DNA from: Psammoneis japonica
Lineage: Eukaryota
Reading direction: 5' to 3'
Assembly (NCBI GenBank): GCA_008632985.1
Contig: QPGO01000246.1
Span: 62,001-97,737 of the forward strand
Length of the DNA: 35,737 bases
Shown here: positions 11,801 through 21,597 of the stretch, one piece after another
How the letters are laid out: each line of letters opens with the position of its first letter
Numbering within the stretch: the stretch's first letter is position 1
Translations under genes and position numbers: made by a program
The notes under the pieces: generated by a model
The model's database searches: none
Seen by the model: the letters and a program-made list of their open reading frames with translations, nothing else
Told to the model about the DNA's origin: nothing

Positions 11801-13310
11801 GCATGTCTCATCAGTGCAAGCTCAAATGCCAAGCTGGGCAAGACAGCAGCAGGAGCCACGCTGGCATTTTCAAGAGGTGCGCACTTCCTTTTTTCACACG
11901 CGGCTCTCTCCGTTGTGCAAGAACTCCTTTTGGTGCAGAAAGTTTCAGCGCTGGGGTCAATCTTTTCTTTTTCAATGTGCCCTGTGCATGACCCAACAAG
12001 CTGGCAGCTGTTTTTGAAATTTTGGAGAGGGACAGAGACCAGACGATGGTGCGAGACAGCATTTGGGCTCAGCTCCCACTGGCAATGCAAGATGGGCTTC
12101 TCTGCTCACAACCTTTTTCTATTTTGGCTGTCTTTGGCTGCTGTTGTGGCTCCTTGCTGCCTGCCACCACCACAGACCTTCAAGTCAACAAGCTCTCTTG
12201 CTTTTCATTGGAGAACAGAGCTGCTTCATGTGTGCACACTTCCATTGGGTCCTGTGCTGTTGCTCAAAAAGAAATTTCTGGTCTGCTGCTCACTTTTCAA
12301 CAATGAAGAAAGTTGTGCCATTGCATGTTCAACAAGTGCAAACCCTCTGACAGAGCCAGCAGTCTCTAAAAACAAAACACAGCTCTCTCTTTCTCTCTTC
12401 TCACCCTTTTGGAGATGGCACAGACACACACATTTTGAAGATTGCACAGTGGCACATTTGTGCCCAATGAATGCTTGGCTGCAGCCCAAGTTTGAATCTT
12501 GTCTTGCCATGTTTTTGAGTGATGCTGCAGAAAGCATGTGTGCAGGACAGGACACAGAGCCATGGCTGACACTTTTTTTTTGCAGGCAGTGTGATGGGCC
12601 ACTGCAGCTCCACCAACAACTTTAAATCCCTGCGCTGTTGTTCAGAGACTTCTGTGCACAAGCTGTGCATCAAAGATCACAGCAGGGTGCAAAGCTGCGC
12701 ACTCTGCTTCTTTGCTCTTGGCTCTGGTGGTGCTGGCAATCATGTCCTCACCAATGTTCAAAACAATGGTGTGCAAGCACGTGCACTGCTGCTCACATTT
12801 GTTGGTCACAAAGGCCTTGGTTGTGGCCCAATTTTGGCTTTTATCTTGCTTTGTCTTTTCAAACTCTGCTGGCCACAGAAGTGTGTCATTGCAGAGAACA
12901 CAACCCATGCTGTGCAAGAGCTTTGTGTTCCTCTGTCAAGAACCAAGCTGATCAGTGTCACACACAGGAAGTGATGGGTGCAGCCTCACCTGAGCACCAT
13001 TGTGGCCTCCTGTTTTCTGCAGCAACTTAGTGTGACAGCACTTTCACTCCCAAAGTGGCCTCCCACCAAGCACCATGTCATGCAGTCTGCACCCATGACT
13101 TGGCTCCCAATGATGCCAATGACAATGATGCTGACAGCAATGTCAATGTTGCTCAAGCTTGTGCCTCCTGCACCATGGATGTGCAATGCCCCCATGGCCC
13201 CAGTCTCATGGCAGACTGGTGGTGTTACCACACCCCCCCGTGTGGCATTCTTTACCATGTGGTCAAGGCCAAACCGGACATTTTCAAGAAATGAACGTCA
13301 TTCTGAAAGA
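8835..13310. mobile_element. TpA/CpG-depleted composite repeat block with two diverged direct copies of one element (copy A from ~8835, copy B from ~11517)
   Basis: Collinear homologous segments: 8838-8905 vs 11520-11592 (ggtgatt...aaagat..gagac...tttcaaaatgtt...gcctcaaag), 9061-9160 vs 11777-11850, 9815-9850 vs 12431-12465, 10026-10085 vs 12628-12685. About 10 TA in 9000-13200 by eye. Confidence 0.7.
9083..9123. repeat. Perfect 19-bp tandem duplication (CATGATGATGTGCACACCT x2)
   Basis: Read directly; single copy at the homologous position in copy B (~11795). Confidence 0.9.
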
Positions 13311-14167
13311 ACGTAGCAGTGGGAACCGCGTGTTGCTGAATTCGAGGAGTTTAGGATGTACATGCAGTAGAGTACGTCGTATATGCGATATACGGCATCC
13401 ATTGACGCCACTTGGTGCTTATGATTTGTAAATTACCCGCAACAATTTAACAAAGCACACCGTGTATCTTTTTGTTCCCACCAAAGCCCATTCTTTGTAC
13501 ACACCTGTTGGTAGCCTCTAGCAACAGATGCTCTGTTCTTAAACACGAACCGTTCTCTCCTTCCACTTCATTCATTTTCTTTGCAGTACAAGTACGATCT
13601 AGATTAGGAGACTACAAAATTTCAATGGACACTACTAGTGTCCATCCTACCGTGAGAGCACGGCTGCCACTATTAATAGCTACAGCCCAAACAACACAAT
13701 CATAGAAGAACAATGTTAACGACTTTCCATTGGATTTGACTGGTGCCTCCTGTTTCCCAAATCGTTTTTCACACACAAAAAGAGTACACAGCCCATGCCT
13801 TGAATAAGGGATGTAGCTGTTTCAACACAAGCAAGCACAATTCTCTCGTTGAACAATACAAGGTACCTACCGTTATTACTCCTTTTTTCAATCCATTCTC
13901 TCCGGCTGCTTGCAATCGCGCTTTATCATCACCTTCTCGTATCTTGCACAGATTGGCCGCAAATTGTATCACTTGCAATGTATGCAAGAGGAAGACATCT
14001 TGGTAGGAACGCAGAGCTCCGATAGGATCTTGGCGAGTGACAATGACCGGAAGCGTCCATTGGCAAAAGCTACTATAGAGTCGTGTTTGGTGGTGGTCCA
14101 AGTGGCCGAGACTGTGTTGATGACTGGGACAATACTTGTTGGCATTGACATTTGGTGTGACACCTTG

Positions 14168-15017
14168 CTACTTCATCTTGTTGGACGGTACTCTTTCAGA
14201 GCTCCGTTTCTTCAGCACAAGCCAGAGCAGTATAGTGGCCACGAGCCCAACAAATGGGATGATTAGCGTTTCTGATGTAAAGTAGGTCCGTTTCATATTG
14301 GCAGCACGTTGTTGTTTCAGAATATCTTGAAGATAGGTTACGATAGTGTCACTCACAACATTATTTCCATCTTGAACAAGGTTGAGAGGGGTCTTGTTTT
14401 GTGTGTTTTTCACAGAGACTGCTTGGGGATACTTTTCTGTAAGCAACTCGACTACTGCCGCAGGCACGAACAAATCGTCACGGCGGCTCCTCAAGGCCCA
14501 ATGCAAAGGCAAGTCTCCTAAGGCATCTTGATGATTAACACCTGCGGGAAATGCATCCAGTAAATGCTTCACAACATCTTGATCCGATCGCGCGGCACAC
14601 ATGTGAAGAGGAAGGGCTCCGTATTTGTCCGTCTCTCTGACGCTTTCAGGGTAAACTTCAAGAATGCTCTCTGTGAGCGCGGATTCCATCGGCTCGCAGG
14701 TGCTGCTGCAAGCTGCGCGCAACAGACTCCACCCAATCTGGTCCTTGGCTCAAACGTCTCATGGACAAATGCTCGGCAAATGCTGAAACATGGGCAGTGA
14801 TGGATTGCAGATCAATGCAGCATGAAGTGGTGGACAGCTCCACATCCATGGAGCTTCAAAGCACGCACATGGAAAGGCCCCCGTCGTTCATTTTGTTGTT
14901 TTTCATCACAACAACTTTGTGAAGATCCGTGTGGTTCCGAATCAAGGTCTGGATCTCCTGGAGTGACTGGTGAGATTGAAGTGCATGCAACAAGGTGGTT
15001 TCGTTGTGTTCCCCCAT
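14168..15017 (-). pseudogene. Ankyrin-repeat protein with a C-terminal TM segment; 5' part degraded by in-frame TGA stops
   Basis: Intact repeats YPESVRETDKYGALPLH, DALGDLPLHWAL, KNTQNKTPL. The same frame upstream reads PLHAALICNPSLPMFQHLPSICP*DV*AKDQIGWSLLRAA, with TGA at 14759-14761 and 14750-14752. Start position tentative. Confidence 0.7.
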
Positions 15018-15478
15018 GGTTTTCAGACTGAAATTGTGCTGTGGCCTGTCGATTGAGACATGACATGATGTGGTTGTTCTGTGGTTGCCCTCTTTTTGTT
15101 CATTGATCAACAAGCATTGCTCTGCAACTGCTGTTTTCTGTTGCCAGTGTACTCTACTCTAGCAGCATGATAGTGGGCCCCTCTAGCTAGCAGAGGGCTT
15201 CTTCAAGGTGATGTCGGATTTGCATTGTTGTCGGCCAATGTCGGCGGCAAAAAACGTGAGATCTTCTGCATGCGCTAACGCGCGCATGAAGTGCGCGAAA
15301 CAATGCCATGAATTAACGGTCAAATAACGCTCATGGATCCAAGATCCAGTACAAAATCAACGTGGCTTTACACGCACGAATCATTTCTCATCGGAACCCG
15401 CTTGCAAGCTCGTTTCACAACGCCGCCGGTTCAGTCACACGTTGTCGCTGCATAACCAATCAAGTAAACAAAACAACC

Positions 15479-16128
15479 ATGGTACGAACGAGAGTGTCGA
15501 GTGATGTTATGGACTGTTGAGTGATTGTTGTCGAGATTGAAATTGTCAGTCACTTCACCATGGTCTGTTATGTTGTCGAGAGCAAGCGTGTCTGTCTGCT
15601 GTTGGATGTCACGTAGTTTCTACGCGCTGATTATACCGAAGCCACGCTGTACGGCATCATACGCACAAACCTCACCTTTCTCGATTCCCTCTATGATTAC
15701 AGTCGACAGGAGTCACGGTGGACGATCAGCTCGTTCATGCCTTTAATGAATTCAAACTTCAGCGTGGTGAATACAAGCTCCGCTACTTTATTTATCACAT
15801 CAAGGACAAGAAGACGATTGTGATTGAAAAGCAGGGCGACCGTTCCAAGACCTATGACGATTTTTGTGCCGAACTCCCGGAAAATGATTGTCGATATGGC
15901 ATTATTGATTTGGAATTTGAAACCGACGACGGAAGGCCAACGTCGAAACTAGTTTTCATCACGTGGAATCCAGACACGGCGCCGGTTCGTCCCAAAATGC
16001 TTTACAGTGGTTCCAAAGAGGCTTTGAAATCGGCCTTGATGGGAGTCGGTATTCATATCAATGCCACGGATCATTCTGAACTCGATTTGGAAACTGCCAT
16101 TCTACCGACCGTCAAGAAGTTTGCGTAG
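15479..16128 (+). CDS. Cofilin / actin-depolymerizing factor; exon 1 is the ATG only (15479-15481), exon 2 is 15703-16128
   Basis: M|STGVTVDD..., LPENDCRYGIIDLEF, KLVFITWNPDTAPVRPKMLYSGSK (ADF-H motifs). GTACGA donor right after the ATG; TTACAG acceptor at 15702. Confidence 0.93.
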
Positions 16129-16765
16129 GCTTGAGTGTTGCTTAGTGTTTTTCCTTTTACTCTTGACGATCGTATGATGTGGGTTTGATAGTCTGTATGT
16201 GTATCATACTCTGTAGCTCAGAAAGGCCGTATACCTAGCTAGAAGCTGGCGTTTATATTGTGTTCTATTAGAAATCCAGAATAGATAATAGCTTTCTCTA
16301 TTCCCCTACGGTAGCTAGGAAAACAGGGAGCTAGCTATGGATACTCTAGAGTCGTCTCAAGGATGAAACTAACTGTTGATCCAATTTATTTTTTCTCCCA
16401 TCACACCGTCTGTCCATCATGTGTCGTTTTACTGGTTACCGCCGTACTTTTTGGGCCGCAACCGCACAAAGACAAAAGCACGAGGAGCGCTCTTGTGATT
16501 TTGTGAGGGGAACAATCGAAAAATGTGAGTGAGCATGGAGTTTGGTTGGGTCGTATGAAAGAGAAAAATTAATTTGACAATGCAAGCAAAATGGTGTTGA
16601 TGAACAAAGAAAATCTGCAGTTGTGCTTCAAGGCCATGGTGATGCGGTACTTTGTTGATATTCAATTCCAAGATTCCTTTTCTGCTACCAATTTTCTATG
16701 CATCAATGGAATTCGGATACTCACATTTTGTGTTTTCCCGCTGTTTTCAGTAAATATCAATAGCA

Positions 16766-17130
16766 ATGCCAGTTACAAGTTTGACGGACCTGAGCGACAG
16801 TCAAAAGCAAGAATTGGTGGCATCACTGGCTTGTTTGCTTTGCGGCGATGATGTTTCGAGCGACAAGATCCAAGCCGTGGCTACCGCTTCGGGCAATACC
16901 GTGAGTGACGCGTGGGCATCCCTCTTTGCCGGCGTTGTCGCGGCCGGTGGTGGTATTGACAAGTACTGTGCCGCGCCCGGTGGTGGCGCGGAGGCGGCGG
17001 CGGCGGTGGCGGTGGCGGAGGAGGTGCCGCAGAAGCTGCAGCGGAAGAAGAAAAAGTGGAAGAAGAGGAGGAAGCCGATATTGGAGGTGGAATGGATATG
17101 TTTGGTGGAGATGATGGCGGTGATTACTAA
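16766..17130 (+). CDS. RPLP1: 60S acidic ribosomal protein P1, with an apparent 1-bp frameshift near 16988
   Basis: ELVASLACLL...KIQAVATASG...WASLFA N-terminal domain. A different frame gives the Gly/Ala hinge and EEEKVEEEEEADIGGGMDMFGGDDGGDY* (TAA 17128-17130). Confidence 0.85.
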
Positions 17131-17158
17131 ACAGTATGTTAGTAAACTGCAATGCTTT

Positions 17159-18127
17159 TTAATCAATATACAATTGCTTGTGCTTGTACATGGGTAGTTT
17201 CTCCTTGTGCTGGTCAAAAATGCGTGATACTTCTTTGCAATACTTGTCGTGCCATTCATTAATGTCCTTGTCGGTTGGGTTCTCAATGTACGGCAGTCCC
17301 AGCGGCTTTCCCCGAGCATAGAGCATCTTGTCGTTTCGTGGAATGGGAAGATAGTACCGTCCCCAGAAGTACGTCAAGGACATTTGCAACTTTCGACTCG
17401 CCGACGCGAGCAGCCCGTGCTTCATGACGGTCAGAGCGGACGTGTTGCCAAACAAGTAGCACGGTACAATGTCGACATCTTGTAGGGACAGTGCCAGCTT
17501 GATGAAGCCTTTGCGACTCTTGAGAAAGAGTCGTTCTTCCTTTCGACTCGATTTAAACAATTCGGCAATGCCACCCACGTACAAGACCAAACAAGCATCA
17601 ATGCCTGTATTCTTAGTAAAGTGCCGAATCAAGCTGGGTTTAGACGCATCAATCAGACCGTAAATTCCCATGACGTGCTTGAGAATGGGTACTTGAAGCA
17701 AGACACGAGCTACTGCCGTTTTCACTCTACATACATCTGGAGGGCACTGCGTAATGGCCGTCATGCCACACAGCGAAAGGACACCATGTGGTTGAAAGGC
17801 AAAAATGTACTTTTTGCCCTGAGCGAGATTCTTTCGGAATTGATCGTCGGTAAAGTCGTGGAACTCTTCTTGGAAATCAAAATAATCCGCCATGGGAGAC
17901 AAGTATTTCAATAAATTGGGACATGCAATTGGGGGCAAAATAATGGAGATAATCAGGGGCATGGCGTAGAGATAGGATCGATACCACAACAACGACACCA
18001 ATGCCGTGACTATGTAGGCGGGTGCAAAATAATACACAACACAAAATGTCGTGGCTATGCACATGCCGATAAAGCAACGAATACTGTGCATCAAAGAGTC
18101 ATCTTGCTTTGCCGTTGATGCAGCCAT
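17159..18127 (-). CDS. DGAT2: Diacylglycerol O-acyltransferase type 2 (DGAT2/MOGAT family), single exon
   Basis: N-terminal TM helices; DYFDF, YIFAFQPHG, GGIAE, RKGFIKLA, IVPCYLFG and GKPL motifs. Confidence 0.9.
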   Translation of the reverse strand: MAASTAKQDDSLMHSIRCFIGMCIATTFCVVYYFAPAYIVTALVSLLWYRSYLYAMPLIISIILPPIACPNLLKYLSPMADYFDFQEEFHDFTDDQFRKNLAQGKKYIFAFQPHGVLSLCGMTAITQCPPDVCRVKTAVARVLLQVPILKHVMGIYGLIDASKPSLIRHFTKNTGIDACLVLYVGGIAELFKSSRKEERLFLKSRKGFIKLALSLQDVDIVPCYLFGNTSALTVMKHGLLASASRKLQMSLTYFWGRYYLPIPRNDKMLYARGKPLGLPYIENPTDKDINEWHDKYCKEVSRIFDQHKEKLPMYKHKQLYID

Positions 18128-18421
18128 GTTGTCGACTTTTCGTTTCACACAACTGCGAAAGCTGTTACCTCTTTTCTGCAACAAAAACGAAAGTGTCGCC
18201 TTGAAAAAAAAAGTGGCGTCGGTCGGTGCGTGGTCGCGGTTTGATGACGTGTCACTTCTCCCGCCATTTTCGCGCGATTTTGCGCAATTTTTGAAATTCG
18301 GAATCTCCCTCCGAGAGAGCTGTCAGGTGAATCCCGTCACGTCGGTCAAGACGGTGGCAACAGAACATTCTCACTTGTCATCCTATCACTGTCACCATCA
18401 TACGATTGCTTCTTGCCAACC

Positions 18422-19828
18422 ATGACACCCATCTCGTCAACACCCGATACGACGCAACAGGAAACTCGTACGAAGACTATTGTCGAGTATCACGCTGGCT
18501 TTGGCAATTCTTTCGAATCGGAAGCTATCGACGGTGCCTTGCCGCAAGGCCGCAACAATCCTCGTCACGTCCCGTACAATCTCTACACGGAACAGTTGAG
18601 TGGCACAGCCTTTACATGTCCCCGTTCTGTCAATCGCCGAACATGGCTCTATCGTATTCAACCCAGTGTGGTGTGTGTGGATGATTTCAAAGAAGCGGAA
18701 TCCTCGGATTATCCAAAGTTCTTTGGTGGTGTCAGCCCCGACGAGTTTGTACTCAATCCATCACCCCTTCGTTGGAGTCCCATGCCGGCAGAACCCAACA
18801 AGGACTTTGTGTCGGGTATGGTGACCATGGCTTCGAGTGGTGACGCCATGACCAAGGACGGATTGGCCATTTCCATGTATTGTTTCAACAACGACATGGT
18901 CGATACGCACTTTTACAATTCCGACGGTGACTTTCTCATTGTACCTCAGCAGGGTTCTATCGAGATTACAACCGAAATGGGAATTTTAAAAGTGAGTCCA
19001 AAAGAAGTATGCGTCATTCCACGAGGCATTGTGTTCAACGTTGCAAAGCTACAAGATGACGAGTCGTCCTTTGCTCGCGGATATGTGTTGGAAGTATACA
19101 AGGGCCACTTTCAATTGCCCGAGCTGGGTCCGATTGGTTCCAATGGATTGGCCAATGCTCGTGATTTTCTATATCCTCAGGCCTCGTTTGTTCAAAACAA
19201 GCAAGACTATCACCAACCGTGCACCGTTCTCAACAAGTACGGAGGGCAGTTGTTTGTCCGTCATGCAAACCATTCTCCCTACAATGTGGTGGCGTGGCAT
19301 GGCAATTATTTGCCCTTTAAGTATGACTTGGAACAGTTTTGTGCCGTCAATTCCGTCACGTACGATCATTTAGATCCCAGCATTTACACCGTTCTGACGT
19401 GCGTCGGTAATGAAACGGGCACGGCTTTAGCGGACTTTGTCATTTTTCCGCACCGCATCATGGCGACCGACGATGATACCTTTCGTCCACCGTGGTTTCA
19501 TCGCAACACCATGAGTGAATTTATGGGTTTGATTCATGGCAGGTACGATGCCAAGGAGGGATTTGTAGCTGGCGGGGCGTCGCTTCACTTGACCATGACT
19601 CCGCACGGACCCGACTCTACCACGTATGAAAAGGCCATTGCGGAGGACTGTTCCGTGCCATCGAAATTTGAAGGTGGATTGGCTTTCATGTTTGAAACGT
19701 CTCATTTGCTCAAACTCAATCCTCGAGTGTTGGACTGTGAGTATCGTGACGTCGAATACTCGTCGTGCTGGCAAGGATTGAAGGATAACTTTCCGTGGGA
19801 GCAACAAGAGCAGGAATATGTAGAATAG
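18422..19828 (+). CDS. HGD: Homogentisate 1,2-dioxygenase, single exon
   Basis: GFGNSFESEA, LPQGRNNP, LYTEQLSGTAFT, WLYRIQPSV, GPIGSNGLANARDF, DHLDPSIYTVLT, FRPPWFHRNTMSEFMG, MTPHGPD, LAFMFET. Confidence 0.97.
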   Translation: MTPISSTPDTTQQETRTKTIVEYHAGFGNSFESEAIDGALPQGRNNPRHVPYNLYTEQLSGTAFTCPRSVNRRTWLYRIQPSVVCVDDFKEAESSDYPKFFGGVSPDEFVLNPSPLRWSPMPAEPNKDFVSGMVTMASSGDAMTKDGLAISMYCFNNDMVDTHFYNSDGDFLIVPQQGSIEITTEMGILKVSPKEVCVIPRGIVFNVAKLQDDESSFARGYVLEVYKGHFQLPELGPIGSNGLANARDFLYPQASFVQNKQDYHQPCTVLNKYGGQLFVRHANHSPYNVVAWHGNYLPFKYDLEQFCAVNSVTYDHLDPSIYTVLTCVGNETGTALADFVIFPHRIMATDDDTFRPPWFHRNTMSEFMGLIHGRYDAKEGFVAGGASLHLTMTPHGPDSTTYEKAIAEDCSVPSKFEGGLAFMFETSHLLKLNPRVLDCEYRDVEYSSCWQGLKDNFPWEQQEQEYVE

Positions 19829-19989
19829 GAGGCGCCGTGAATGGAAGCAGTGGTTTAGAATCTGCATAGAAGTACATTGAATTCAATTGTTGCGAGATGA
19901 TGGGTGGCACATTTTTCTTGTAGAGTTAAAGGAATGATGTAGCTGCACGAGAATATTTCTATCAGCATCCATGACAATCCCCGTGTAAA

Positions 19990-21390
19990 CCATTTTCATT
20001 GACGCACTGTGATTTTCCCTCCGCGTCGTGATCACTGCATCGATTCCGGACAAATGACACAAAAGCGCACCTTCCAAATCAAAGGACACCCCTTTTGTGT
20101 TGCCATCCCATGCTTGTGTGGGTGGAAGCAGGAGTTCACTGAGAGGCTTGGCCACCTCTTTAAGCACCCACCTCTTCCGCCACCATGTGGACAACCAAAG
20201 CCCAATGTTGTTGTGCACTCAAGCACCACAACTTGGACAAGAAGAGTTGCACAAACCAAAAAGAACTGCTGTTGCAGTCATGACAATGGGCACTGTGAAA
20301 GGTTTTCTCCTCTGCACCTTCAACAGCTCCCCCTTCTCCACTGCTTGCTGCACCAAATTCTCAAAAAGGTTGCAAATGGAGGTGGTGCATGCCACTGGCC
20401 TTTCCGGCCTTTTTTTTGGAAGGCCACTCCTCTCAGGTGAGTCAGGAGCTGCAGAGTTTTACACAGACTCAAGCCCACAAAAGGTTGTTTTAAATCTTGC
20501 AAAATGTGCAACAGGCAGCACACAAAAACATCTGCAGCATTCACAATCATGTGAAGAGCACAGCTGTTCTTTTGTTGATTTTGTGACACCCTTTTTTGTT
20601 CAAAAGTTTCTGTGCAGAGTTTGGAGGCCCATGGTGGTGGGAGGAGAGAGTGGTCTGCCCCCCCCCCCTGCTCACACACACAGGGGTTTTTCACTTGTTG
20701 GCTGCTTGCACATTGGGTGGCTGCACTTGGAAGCAGTGTTGCAAATCATTGTGAGCAACACCACCAGAACAAGCCACTGCAAAAGCTGGCTCTTTCTTTT
20801 TGTCAGTGCCATGGGTGCTGCTGTGCATCATGTTGCCAACAAGCAGAGAGCAAGTTTGCTTGCTGTCCACACCATTGTCATCTTTCTCTGGCAGGAGCTT
20901 CGCCCCATGGTCATCGGAGGGGGCTCCAGCCACAAAAGAGAGAGAAAAGAGAGCCTGCTGGAGGTGCAACAGAGGGCAATCATCATGCAATTGAAAACAT
21001 GAAGAAATGGTTTAAAAATTGCATGACTTTGGGAAACAATGCAGCCAGCTTTGCGACGCTGTTTGGGGTCAGGGGGCAGGGTGGAGGGCAAGAGCAAGGG
21101 TGGCAGGCTTCTGCCTGCACAGCGCCACCGGCTGCTTCTTGTTGATCATCAGAACATCATCCTGCCTCCTTGGACGATCAAAATTTAGTTAGGACAAGAG
21201 ATTGAGTTGTTCAACTCAATGTTGTGGCTTGTGTTTGAACTGACATGGCATTTGGGTTGAGCTGAGCTGAGGCAGCCAGGTGCAAAAAGGGGGCTCATGT
21301 GTCACTCCAAAAAATTCGGACATTCGTGTTTCAACGGATCTGTCATTCAAAGATGTCCGTGCAGACATCGGACGACGGAGTTTTGCCAGG
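19990..21390. repeat. TpA/CpG-depleted degenerate block, probable non-autonomous TE remnant
   Basis: About 6 TA in 1.4 kb by eye, all in TTA context; poly-C tract at ~20658; no credible protein. Boundaries approximate. Confidence 0.55.
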
Positions 21391-21597
21391 GGCTTATGTG
21401 TGAGTGAATGATTCAGGAGTCTCTGTTACATTAATTAGTCCTCAAGTATGAGGATGTTGATTGCACTGAAGTCATAGTTTCATTTTTTCGATAGGCTCAC
21501 CAAAGTAGTCGTAGAACAGGCCCGATTAGAGTAGTCGACGAAGCACTCCAATCAAGGAACAGGGGGCATTCTCAATTCTACTCTAGGAGTGGTTGCG

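Noticed and set aside
13228..13245. CCACAC-C6-GTGTGG hairpin and poly-G/C tracts in depleted blocks as Helitron or other TE ends
   Set aside because: No properly spaced CTRR end, TIR or TSD could be established.
16230..16350. Recurrent TAGCTA motifs in intergenic DNA (also ~15184)
   Set aside because: Short, few, and not linked to any testable structure in this window.
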